DNA from: Azolla caroliniana
Lineage: Eukaryota > Plantae > Polypodiophyta
Length of the DNA: 64,000 bases
Assembly: GCA_043228905.1 (NCBI GenBank)
Contig: JBHGNT010000002.1
Span: 7,316,001-7,380,000 of the forward strand
Reading direction: 5' to 3'
This document shows positions 49,027 to 64,000 of this stretch, piece after piece. Every line of letters starts with the position of its first letter. The stretch's first letter is position 1. The notes beneath the pieces were generated by a model that was not told the origin of the DNA, did no database searches, and saw only the letters and a program-made list of their open reading frames with translations. Both the position numbers and the translations under genes were made by a program.

Positions 49027-52000
49027 TGTGAAAGTTAGCATGCAGAAGCGTATGCCAAACCGGTTCTGTCGGATAGTAACAATAAAGAGAAGAAGGTTTA
49101 ATGGAAGCTTAACACAGAGAATAAGCATACACAGGAGAGAGAGAGAGAGAGAGCAGAACAGAACATAAACACAACTCAATTCAAAATAATACTCTCGATA
49201 TTCTGTCCATACAATCCTGCTAAACAACACCATTTATACAAGTCCTCAAAAGGACTGACAGAAGTACTATGTACTTCAATGCTCATATGAGTGATTGTCA
49301 CTAACCCCCAAAAATATGCCTACGTACTAGGCTGGATCCGTAGGCCTCTAACGGCCTACCGGTTTCAATATGATCTGGCTCCTGGTTCCGGATATCATCT
49401 GGACATCGATCCAGTTCTCCGTTCTGGATACCGATCCAGATCCGGTTGAGCTTGCTCGCTCAACACTCCCCCTCAAGCTCAACTTGAGATCGGATTGTGG
49501 TGTCAATTTCTGTGGTAACCGGTCCTTTCCTCTGGCTCCTTCTAACGTCCTCCCGCCTTGCTCGCGCTCCTCGTCCAGTCCTGTTCCACTTCTCGTGACC
49601 AGTTTGGTAATGCGCACCTTGACCTCCTTGGTCGGCTTGTCTGCTCAACATGCCCATTTCAGCTCCTTCGCTGCTATGTCTCCGGCGTTTGTCGATCCAT
49701 CGGTTCCTTCGTGTCGGTGTCGACTTCCACTTGGCCTTTCGTTGATCCGGCTTCATCAAATCTTGAACCGAATTGGCTTCCTCCAATTCATTCCAGCTCT
49801 TGTTCGATGTCAGTGGTAGTCTCCAACTCGTCTTTCGTTTTTAGGCCCTTCACCACATCGACCCACGTCCGGGTCTTGGCCTTCTTCCAGTCAGCTCTGT
49901 CCTTCTTGACTCTGCCACCGTTGCCGCTTGCTCCAACTTGTTCGGATGTGCCGACTCCTTCGGTCAGCTCAGCTTCCTCTATTTGCTTTGCTCATCTTCG
50001 GTTCCTTGTCCGGTGTCATCCGTTCTTGTTCCTGTTCTCCCCCTCAAGTGCGGCACATCGAGATACTGAATGCCGAGCATCTCCGAAAAATGCTACAACT
50101 TGTCCGATCCGAGCGGCTTGGTGAAGATGTCAGCAACCTACCAATCCGTGTGAATATACCAAAGTTCAACTTCACCGCTTAGGACCCGCTCATGAACAAA
50201 GTGATAATGCACTTCTATGTGCTTTGTCTGAGCATGGAATACAGGGTTCTTTGCGAGTTGTATGTTTCTTACGTTGTCACAATAAATCAGAATCAAGGTC
50301 GGCACCGCGATCCAGAGGTCTCGCAGCAGTTGTCGAAGCTAGATGGCTTCACAGGTGGCAATGGTAGCGCTCTGGTATTTAGCCTCAGTGCTCAACAAAG
50401 CCACTGTTGGCTACTTTTTGGTGCTCCACGCAACAATCGCGCTACCAAGAGAAAACATGTAACTAGAGGTGGATCGGCGATCTGATGCATTACCAGCCCA
50501 GTCCGCATCAGTATATCCGACCAGCTTCCCAGTTATACCGTGTTGGTATAACAGTCCCCGGTCCTTCGTGCCGCTCACATATCGCAATAGTCGATGCTCG
50601 CACTAAAGGTGCTCCACGGTCGGCTTCTGCATGAACTGGTTGATCACTCTGACCGGGTAACTAATGTCTCGGGTCGAGTGATTGTCAAGTATATGACGCT
50701 TCCGACAATTTGTCGAAATTGTTTTTCATCGCAGGCCGGGCCGGAGTCGGGACGTAGCTTCAGGTTCCGATCTAGGGCTGTGGAGATCGGTCGGCATTCC
50801 ATCATGCCGAACTTGTACAGCATATTCAACAAAGTGTCTTTGTGAGAGCAATATGCCATCGGGGGTTCGGATCACCTCGATCCCAAGAACATAATGAAGG
50901 TCCGGAGGTCTTTCATTTCAAATGCATCCGACAACTAGGACTTCACTCTGTCGATTTCATCCAGTCTGGGTCCTGTGATGACTAAATCATCAACATATAA
51001 TAGGATACAAACCAGACCGTCCGGATGAACAGTGACGAGTCGAACTTTGAGGCCACAAACCCCATCTTATGCAACCGGAGCGTGATCTTCGCATTCCAAG
51101 CTCGGGGGGCTTGCTTCAGACGGTAAAGCGACTTCTTGAGTCGGCATACTGCCGACTTGTTCATCTCCGATTGGAATCCGAGGGGTTGGATCATATAGAC
51201 CCGTTCTTCAAGGTCACCTTGAAGAAACGCATTCTTCACGTCCATTTGGTGAAGATGTCACCCCCTTGCCACAACAACAACCAGTACCACACAAACCGTC
51301 GTCATCTTCACTATCGGAGCGAAGGTATCGTCGTAGTCGATTCCATGGGTCTATGTATCCCTTTTCCACTAACCGAGCCTTGTACTGGTTGATTGAACCG
51401 TCGGCATAGTACTTTACCTTATATACCCATTTGCAACCGATCGGTTTACACTGTCGAGGAGGGTCAACCAGGTCCCATGTGTCGTTGGCATCAAGTGCCC
51501 GCATTTCTTCCTCCATAGCAGCACGCCAATTTGTCTCTTTTGCTGCTTCTGCATAGCTCTCTGACTCACGCACTTCCGCCACCTTAGTCATGTACACATA
51601 GTGATGCGCAATGTACTCATTATACCTGTACCTCATGAAGGTTTCCTTTTGACAGGTTGACTAGCGTAACTTTTCATTACCCGGTTTGAGGCACTTCTTG
51701 GCCGGTTCGGACTTCTTTTCTGAAGATCCGCCTTCTTCCTTTTCGAGGTCAAATTCGCTCCGATCCGACCCTTCACTGTCAGTATTGTAGTCCGACATCT
51801 TCTTCTTCCCCTTTGTGAATCGTCTCCTCGGTTCCTTGCGCGGGGAGAGCACGACAGAGTCTCCACTACTCACTGATTCTTCATCCGACTGGTCATCGCG
51901 ACTCAGCCACTCATTTGGCCCACTTAGCCAAAATGAGATCAGACTCTCATCTAGAGTACTGAAGTCTTCATCTTCTACCTAGACCTCTTCGAGCTCACTA

Positions 52001-52132
52001 GCCTCATCTTCAAGAATCGGGTCTTCGTCGAGAGTTGGAGTCAATAGGGAGTACCATGATGCCAACTAATCAAACTCGACATCTCGACTTACTTGTACCT
52101 ATTTAGTCCGGGGGTTATAACACTTATACCCC
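49027..52132 (-). mobile_element. copia element 3' part (INT tail, RT, RNase H pseudogene, PPT, LTR 49027-49464), abutting the gag of the previous element
   Basis: GYKCYNP..VSRDVEFD, CKWVYKVK, YKARLV, MDVKNAFLQG, LKQAPRAW, YTDADWAG-like motif; minus-strand PPT GAGGGGGAG then TGTTG...TCACA. Confidence 0.9.
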
Positions 52133-52922
52133 GAAGTCATTTCTTGAGAAATTCATCAACAAGCTAGAGCAATGCAACCTTCCATTGGTAGTGCAAACCT
52201 CTGAGTCAAACAAATGTCAACCAAAAGGTGGTATCAATGCTAGTTTGGTAGGCACAAAAGGCAAATTGCAACTTTTGGTTACAACCTATTCAATTCTAAT
52301 CAATCTTCTTTAGGATCATCTATAGGTTCTTGTTGGTCGAATTAGCTAACCCAAACACTTCAAGCACTAAATGCTTCATACAAAAAATGGATCATGGAAA
52401 TCACAATGTTGTTGCGAACAAATTTTTTGAAGGTTTTAACAACTATGTTAAACAAAAGATGTTAAAGGGGGGCAAACATGTGGTTCCTAAAGTTTTAATG
52501 AAATGGCATCTTTGTGCAATACGACTTTCCAAACATCTTGAAAGTAGCTTTGATCGTCTTTGCTTTTGTCCTAATGTGCACCCAATTCTTTGACTTCCAA
52601 AAACTCAATGTATGAACTTGTTCAAAGTCAGTCATGTAGAAACTAGTTCCAAACTCAATGTTACGCAATCCGCCACTTATACATGTGTATTCTTGAGTTT
52701 CATGGTTATCAATAGATAGATATCATGAATCATTTTGATGGAAACTTTACATCATTGTAATGATATGAAGAGAACTCAGGCATGTCCATACGATTATAGC
52801 ACATTTTTACAACCCATGATATCCATTGCACCATAGCTTCTGGATGATATTATGTGTGAACACCTTACATTACGGGCACAATAATATACGTTGAAAATAT
52901 TGCAGATCTCTCTCTCAATATT

Positions 52923-55566
52923 TCATGAGAAACCTCCACCATATTTACTAGTGCTGCCTTCAAGTGACATTGCAGTGAGAGGAGAGGATGGCCATCCAGG
53001 CAAAGACAAAACCCTCTTCCCTTTCCTTAAAAGATCATGAGAAGGCTTCTCACATCCATGTGTGCACTCAACTCCCTGGTTTTGTTGCAATGCTCTTCTG
53101 AATAGAAGTTTGTAAGCATAAAAATATGTTTGTCTCCATGTCCAACAATTCTTGATGCTGCTCAACAACTTTGGTATAAGATGTATCAAAACCCTCATCA
53201 ATAAGAACACTGTAGCTAGCATAAGATACATGTCATCATGTAGCCATTTCTCAGGAGACTTTGCCCAGGGATAAGGGCAGTTTGCCTTGTTCTGAACCAA
53301 TCCCTTTGTGGAGAGGTGTTTGACTAAAGCTAGTTTGTCACAATTCCTCTTCTTGCAATTGATAGATGGTATACCTGCACTTGCAATCATTAAAGGAGGT
53401 AACAAACAATGAGTATATCAACAGGCAAAATGATTCACAGGAAACATACCTGTTCTATGCTTGTAGAAAGCACCAATCGCTTCTACTGTCCGTGAACCGT
53501 GATAGCGCACTTTAGTTGTCTTGTTATGGAGAAATAGAACCGGGAAGCTGTAGACTCCATGCCGAGAAAGAGAACTGCAATTACAAGTTTGTTTTCACAT
53601 ATTAGATCTTTCAGTCTTTAAAAATGTTAGGATATGCATGACTCTTATCATACAAAGGAATGGAAGAATTACTAAACAAAAGAATGGAACATCGAAACTG
53701 ACTGATTGGAGTGTGCAAATACAAGCGGTGTCAGCTTCCCCATCAGAAATCAATTGTCAGATACATATTATTATGAAGGAGAGAACAGTAATATTCAAAC
53801 AGATTTTGTGACCTAAGAATCGTCTACCTACTTAGAGGAGAAAGTTGAAACACTATCAGATTGCAAATCCTCACATGCCATAATTAACATGATTAGACAT
53901 TACATAGTACCAAGAGGGATTATCAACACCATAGAAATTCAATACCTTACAGGTGTTGCAAACACTTTGTTGAAGGCAGAGAAAAGAACCTTTCATGCAA
54001 GGTAAAAAGGATAAATTCCAGGGCAGACAACAAGTGCAACCAAGAAAACCTTGGATTGATTGTTGTTGGGTTTTATCTGTATCCCATATGGAACAACGAT
54101 AGTCAGATATACTTTCTCAAAGACCTATATAAGGTGCTCTTTCTCTTTGAACTTCAGTTAAGGAATTGAAACATTTTCTATCAAAGTTTAGCCAACAAAC
54201 ACCACGACAAAGCAAGCTTTCATAAACTTTAAGCATTGATATCAAGTCAAAGCAGGTATTGGGAAAGTTGATTGCCAAATCTTTCCATAATATCCTTCCA
54301 ATAAAGGTAAAAGAATCTCAGACAATGGGAAAAACTTCATTCCAAATCTTTTTATTGTTCGTCAAAGGCAAATTATGACTGGTCGCATGAAATGTCATAA
54401 TCAAAACCTATAGGCTTTCCAGCTTGCTTTCTTGGACTATTGTCACTGATGCAAAAATAGAGCTAATCCTACTATCTTTCAATAGGAGTGACTATTCATA
54501 CCTAGAAAGTCTGCATCACCCAAAAACTAAAGGGCTGATATATTGACCTTGTTTACATACATATATCCATCCATCCAGAAGAGAAGGGATGGACCCTCTC
54601 CATCCACCTAGAATATGAATTAACCTCCTGCATCATGTGACTTTCTCCTTTGTTATGTACATTTTTTTCAATCTAGAACCCAGTGGGGAATCCTCACTAT
54701 CCTCACCTAGAGTGGGAGGTAATTTCTCTGTTTATGTCAGTCATGAACATGATACCTCTGCTTCAAAGGATGGTTTGTTTTTATTCACATACTTGCAAGA
54801 AAATTCACCTTTTGCATAAATAAACTGAATGGAAACCATAAAGCAAAATATTAACAGAAAACCATAAACTGAATGGAAACCATCTTTCGCATTAATAAAT
54901 TGAATGGAAACCAGCAATTAGAAGCTTAGCAGAAAACCCATCTTTCAAAATAATAGGTGAATGGGAACCATACATTAAACTCCTTACTAATATATATGAT
55001 ACCTTGGTCGAATAGCCGAATCTTCTACTGCCATATGATAAATTTCAGGAAATGTTGCAGATACTGAGTCGAAGGTTTCTCTGAAGGTCCTTGAAAATGG
55101 ACACCAATTTGCATAGAAGAGAACAGCAGCATTCTCATTGTTTCCCAGAGAATTGAGAGCTATTTCCAACATTGTACCATTAACCTAACAGAAGAAGAAG
55201 AACAGCAGGAGTTGGAGATATAGTTTCAAATAGAGATATTGAAAGGAAAACGAGGGGGAAAAGCAAAACACAAAAGTGAGGATATAGACTAACCTCTGCA
55301 ACTTGAGAAGTAGCGCGATCCCATTTGACAGATACATCGTCATCATCATCATCATGGAGAAAGCATCGTTCGTTTCTATTGTATTGAAGCTGAGGGAAGA
55401 GATCTTCAGGATGAAGCTTAGGGCATGACAGATCAGAGGAAACGTGGTCCGCAAGAGTGTGAAGATTTGAAATGGCAGCTTTACAAATTGCTACATAAGA
55501 GAGGGGGAGGAGGAGGAGGAGGAGGAGACCCAAATAGGAGATGATGAATCCTTCCTTCCCTGTCAT
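52923..55566 (-). CDS. 5'-adenylylsulfate reductase-like (APRL5/7-like) thioredoxin-domain membrane protein, 4 exons
   Basis: Signal peptide, [61 protein letters not shown]. Exons at about 55566-55294, 55184-55003, 53575-53450 and 53375-52923. Confidence 0.9.
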
Positions 55567-58500
55567 GGAAATACTCAGAAAAACAGAAAGGAAAAGAAGA
55601 AAAGAAGAAAAGAATGGGTGAGCAATAGATTATAGGAGCAGGAAAGAAGAAGAATCAGATTCCAAATTGGTAGTGCAGGAAGAGGCCTAAAGGGGGCAGG
55701 GCAGGGCAGGGCAGGGCAGGGGAACCCAAGTCAATATGCCAACAAACAAAACCAAGACATTCATTCATTCATTCATTATAAGCCTCTCCTCTTCCCCTGC
55801 CCATGCCCATGCCCATGCCCCGTCCGTCCAACCAGGGCCTTCTCTCTTTGTCCGCCTGCCCATCCCACCTCAGCTTCGGCTCCGGCTTTTCCCGGTGATC
55901 CATTCTGTGTGTTCCCCTTTGAATGACGAATTGAATGGTTGTCCTTGAATGACAAATTGTGTACCTTAGCTTTTGTTTGATGTATCCAAACAAAGTGTGA
56001 ATGCTTACAGCGCCATGCTCTCTATAGCATGGTGAATCGGTCCTTCGCCTCAAGGAGTTTAATGAGTCTTTTAAAGCACTCGACACTTGAACAAGCAAGC
56101 AAGCATCGTTGTGTCTTGATGTCTAGTGTTTGGACAGTCGTAGCTTTTGATCGAAGAATCATCGCGTGCCACATGAGAGCTTTAAAGTTTATCTTGTGCT
56201 TTGTGAACCCTTTCATGTGTAACAAATACATACGAATGAGAATAGCCTACCACGATTACATATGGTGGATTCATTGTAGTAGTTTTTTAACTATCGTCCT
56301 TGAATGACAAAATGCCTATTCTATCAATTGTGTCTAGACACTTAAGAGTGTGCACTTTGTAGTGTCACAGTGTGGTTTACTTAACCCAATCTTGGTTGGA
56401 GTGAGATTAATGAGGCCTAATAAATACTTGACACTCAAATGGGCACCATTGTGTCCGACTAAACATGAAAGGCCCAATCAAATCTTTAGAAAAAGAGAGA
56501 GTGGAAATTCTAAAATGCCGGAACTTGGCAACAACATATATCACAGGTGGGTTGACATTCTATTTATCGCTAAGATGTTTATCTACTAGATTATGGTTGG
56601 TGGTTTAGCATTAGGAGATGCCTTTTGAAAGAAGAATATGGTTCATGGAATGTATTTCTTATGTACAATGTCAATGGAATGAGTATCTTTTGAGAGAGAT
56701 TTTATTATCAACTTCAAAGGTCAATTAGGACCTAATTGATCAAAAGTGTTCATTTTTACATAATATGTGTAGAATTAAGCAATGACTCACAATGTTAAAG
56801 AATAGCACAAATAAATGTTGCAATTGAGAGTGCATTTTGTGTGCGTGCGTGCGTGCGTGTGTGTGTGCTCGCACGCGAAAGCACCCTTGTTAGATTATTG
56901 AAGTGAATGGCCAAGACTTCTTTACTAGGATTTGCTTGTTTTACATCACTTTCTTGCCTTCAAGCATGTCGTTAAAGGCTAGCCATTTTAATGTAACAAA
57001 AGTCTAACCCCTCATTTTAATCATTTCACTATGTACTTTTGTCATTGGTGGACGTGCCCATTGTGGCAGAGGACATTGAGCCATTTTGCAAGAGGTGGAC
57101 GGTGGCGCATACATTGTCGCCCACCATGAGTATGATGTCCATACTAACGATAGTTTTCTCAACATGAATTTAGGTTGCTACATGTCATGTATTTGGGTTG
57201 AGATATTGGTGAAGGAATGTTGTGTATGTGGATATAGGTGTAGTTAATATAGGTGCTTGGAATTAAGAATGATTTTCTTCATCTATTCTTGTTTGTTCTA
57301 AAGTGTTTCACGTGTTGTGGCACTAAAAGAGTCCCACGTTCGAGAAATGATGAAAACATTTGGAGAAAGTAAATGACCTAGACACAAAAAGTATCATCTA
57401 GTATTAGAACACCTGTCATATTGCTACTAGTGAAGTAGTTGAGATAGCAAGGTTTTGCAATGTCATCTTGTTTTAATACAAATATAGATTAACGGGAAAA
57501 AAGACACAAAAAGTATGCATGGTTAAGGAATCGTTGCATACTCTTCCTTCAGGATCTATTCATTAGCTACCCAAATACTTGTGGATATCTCTTGATGTCC
57601 TCGTGGATTATCACATAAAGAAAGGGAAATATGCCTCAAACTGTAGTTGGTTAATTACTTTAGTTAAGGAAAATGAACATTTTTTAGCAAACTACATGTC
57701 TTGATATTCCCAACCCCTCAAACAATCAAATGGACAATCTTTAGCTAATATTTTATCTATGGATGTCCAAATTATGATTAAGCTCCCTCATGCTTGTGCT
57801 CAAAAGCACCTCAACAAAAATTCATGTGTCATTTATAACTTTTCCATGTGATAATTCAATGGTTTTATAGTGCTATACTATTTGCCCTAATTTTAGTTAA
57901 TTCCAACAATCAATTAGGAACCTAGTAGTAACCAAATTTAGCATGAATCTCACAACATATAAAAGCTTGTGGTTTGCAACTTGAATTCTACAAATGATTG
58001 CGTATTATTCAAATATATAATGTACATTCATCGCATCATATCAGATGAATTCTTCTTTTGATGTTCAAATCATAAACATATAAATGTACTGAAACATGAT
58101 TATAGGAGTGGATAGACCCAAATTGAGCCCACTCAGTAATCTCTCCAGCTTGTTATCTTTACTAAGTACTGCATATAATACACAAGACATATCAACTTTC
58201 ATGTAATTGTATCTTACAAACAATTTGGATTGTTACAGAGAAGATTGATGTGCAAATATTGTAATAGGCAACGCAGAATTTGCATGATACATCAGACCAA
58301 AGAAACAATCCCAAGTCAAATTTGTAGAGAATATATTAATGAGATGAAACAAAATTAGTGAATACATCAATATCTACCTTATCAAACTATGATAACACAA
58401 TATGTTGAAGCTCAAAAATCACGTGTATTTCAAAATTTTGGCACTTTAATATTCCCGATTGTACTTGCAATTTTTGTGGTTATAACAAAAGCAGCAATGT

Positions 58501-58658
58501 CTTAACCCAAAAAATGGGACAAGACTATTCTGATTTTATACATTCACATTGCAAAAACCTTCTTTGTTAAATAAAGTTAATCAAACGACCATGAATGGAG
58601 CTTCAATAATATACCCAGCACCTCAAACAACAATAAATGAATGACCTGTTACGCCTAC

Positions 58659-61945
<3,287 letters not shown>

Positions 61946-62080
61946 GGATGATGATGCCTCTCTGTTTCTCTGTCTCTCTGTCTCAGGGTCTCAGGGTCTC
62001 AAGGTCTCCTCCTTCCTCCTCTGCTTCTTTCTTGTGGTATGTATAAGAGAAAGAGAGACTTTGGGGGATGCAGAAGAAGA

Positions 62081-62082
<2 letters not shown>

Positions 62083-62137
<55 letters not shown>
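62083..62137 (+). repeat. (GA)n microsatellite upstream of or in the Hsp70 5' UTR
   Basis: About 27 GA units. Confidence 0.95.
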
Positions 62138-62139
<2 letters not shown>

Positions 62140-62339
62140 TTGTGTTGTGTTGGGGTCTTTCTTCTTCACACCCTTCCTTCCTTCTTTCTCTTCCTTTCCT
62201 TATCTTCAACCTCCTCTTCTCCTTCTCCTTCTTCTTATTGTTATTGTAATTTGTAAGGTTTCCATCATTTTATGTATATGTATGTGGTCCTTTCTTTCCA
62301 CACATTGCATTGCTCCCTCCACCATTTGCTTTGTGTAAG

Positions 62340-62545
62340 GGTTTTCGTCCGAGATGCGAGAAAGCGATCACCTCTCCATGTCTGCTTGTGTGAGAGGCTG
62401 AGATAGCGACCTTCTTAATGCCTCACGGGAATCCCCCATTGTGGTCTATGAGACCCCGGTCGGTCCCTGCCTCGTTGCCCATGGCTAGGATCGAACTTGG
62501 GTCCTCTCACCTTTTATGAACTCGATATGCTACATACAGTGGAAA
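62340..62545 (-). mobile_element. possible tRNA-derived SINE
   Basis: Minus strand GGACCCAAGTTCGATCCTAGCC contains a Pol III B-box-like motif in a GC-rich island; A-box and TSD not established. Confidence 0.35.
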
Positions 62546-62879
62546 ACCCCCCCAAAGCTAGCTTCCAAATCAATGGTATCCCATCCATAGCTCCAACTCA
62601 TATTCCCCTTATCTCCTTGATTGCTTCTGCATGACACGTGACTTTAAAGCCTAATATCCAAGGTTGCTTAATTGTTCTTCGGTTTTTTTGCTTCATTGAG
62701 GGAGAGGCTGAGTTTTGAAGGCATGTCCATGTTCATCGTCTCCTCATGTCCCTGAAAAAAATTCAATGGTGGCGTGTTGATGAATATTAGAAAGGTTATG
62801 GTTAACACTTTGTAGCTTATTCTCTCTATGTTGTTTAAACTCTAAGATATACCTACCTAGTAGTGGCTTTATATCCGAG

Positions 62880-63240
62880 GTGTCCAATAGTTGGGAGGGT
62901 GGGAAACTATCCAAGTATGTCTTGGTATTTTTCCCTTATCTTGACGTAAGCTGGATATTTGCATGTAAAATGATACTCATCCTCTATCTCTATGTGCCAT
63001 AATCTACATATCCTTTCCTCTTTGGGAACTCCATTAGCACGACCATTGACAATCTCGTGTTGGTGGGATGATACTATAAGTTGTCCAATGGGCAACCCTT
63101 GGTGCATTTGTTAAGAACGTATCTAGATATTTTGATTGTATAATGTGGCATTGTTGGTGTGGTTCAGATTTCACGTGATAACATCGTGACCAATGGTCTC
63201 TCTCTAATTGCAACCACATGAAAGATGGTGGCCCCAAAGC
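62880..63240 (-). pseudogene. non-LTR retrotransposon (LINE) ORF2 C-terminal relic
   Basis: SSH..EI..GR..GVPKEERICRL..IEDEYHF.C.YPAY..IREKY, a C-terminal motif typical of RTE/RTEX-type LINEs. Confidence 0.65.
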
Positions 63241-63489
63241 CCAAACTATCTTTGCATACATGAGGGAAGGGGTTATCAATGAGTCGAAGAGCCGCCCCTT
63301 TTTTCATGGCACTTGGAAATATGCCAAATGGCATTGTCTCTCTAAAAGGGACATGTATCCTTCGATGCATGTGTCATCGAGATATTACCTAAGCGAGCAC
63401 TAAAAGTGACTCCAAAATATACATATGAATCATCTACCTCAACGTGGTCTATTAGAGAGCATTATGTGACATTTAGTCCTAACCTGACC

Positions 63490-64000
63490 ATATGTGTGGA
63501 AGATAAGGAGTTTAGTTTTCCCTAGATTCACTACGAGCCTGTTATCCGTGGGACAATAAGACAAAGGTGTGAAAAGGATCGTAAAAGTAAAGTGTGAAAG
63601 GGGACGAATAGGTCAAGATAAAAGACGTTGAGCACTAGCGACCGAGGGGAAAAGTAACCGAAATACAAGCAGCCAGAAAAATAGGCCAAGGATCAAGAGA
63701 GAGTAGTTGGAACACGTCGATGAAGGAGCTATATAAGACGCGAAGGGGACAAGAAGGGGGACAAAATATATCTAATTTGAGCTAGAGTGACTAAGCTAAG
63801 AAATCTAAATCTGTATTGAGAGAGTGAGCGATACCGATTTTACTCGGTTTGTACTACCATTGTATTATCTATTCAATAAACAATTATGTATACTTTTTGG
63901 GTCCATCTTTATGTCAGTCTCATTTTCAATTCCATTTCCAATTGTGCTATCTGTTCTGTAAGTCGTGAGTATGAATCGGTTGTAGCCGATTCTTAGAGTG
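63490..64000 (+). repeat. possible LTR fragment running off the window
   Basis: Purine-rich U3-like sequence, TATATAA at ~63730, AATAAA at ~63875, then a T-rich region. Confidence 0.3.

Noticed and set aside
49348-50182. env-like or extra ORFs between copia pol and the LTR
   Set aside because: Short, overlapping, low-complexity ORFs with no transmembrane or conserved motif; function cannot be supported.
54820-54970. Four copies of ATAAA.TGAATGGAAACCA in an APRL intron
   Set aside because: A small degenerate local repeat with no further evidence of function.

Overview
Eukaryotic land-plant nuclear DNA, probably from a non-seed plant such as a fern; this is an inference from the PLS-PPR style and the transposon families. 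There are five intron-containing host genes: an acyl-protein thioesterase, a HAD/NANP-like phosphatase, a giant acidic repeat protein with a C-terminal membrane anchor, an APR-like thioredoxin-domain protein and chloroplast Hsp70. They sit among nested transposons. The main structure is a Ty3/gypsy element (25462-43652) with a tRNA-Trp primer site and a -1 ribosomal frameshift signal (G_GAU_UUU plus an H-type pseudoknot) placed after the protease. Two DNA transposons split its RT. The first is an 8.5 kb Sola2-like element (GGG...CCC TIRs, 4-bp TSD). It carries a spliced RING-H2 gene convergent with a truncated transposase, and the facing introns of both genes are filled with arrays of the palindrome TAGCTAATTAGCTA, which also sits next to both TIRs. 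A hAT MITE is nested in one array. The second is a 5.4 kb hAT element carrying a captured PPR gene fragment. Several Ty1/copia remnants, a MULE-like inverted-repeat element, and LINE and SINE relics complete the window. All calls were made by eye; no database searches were run.
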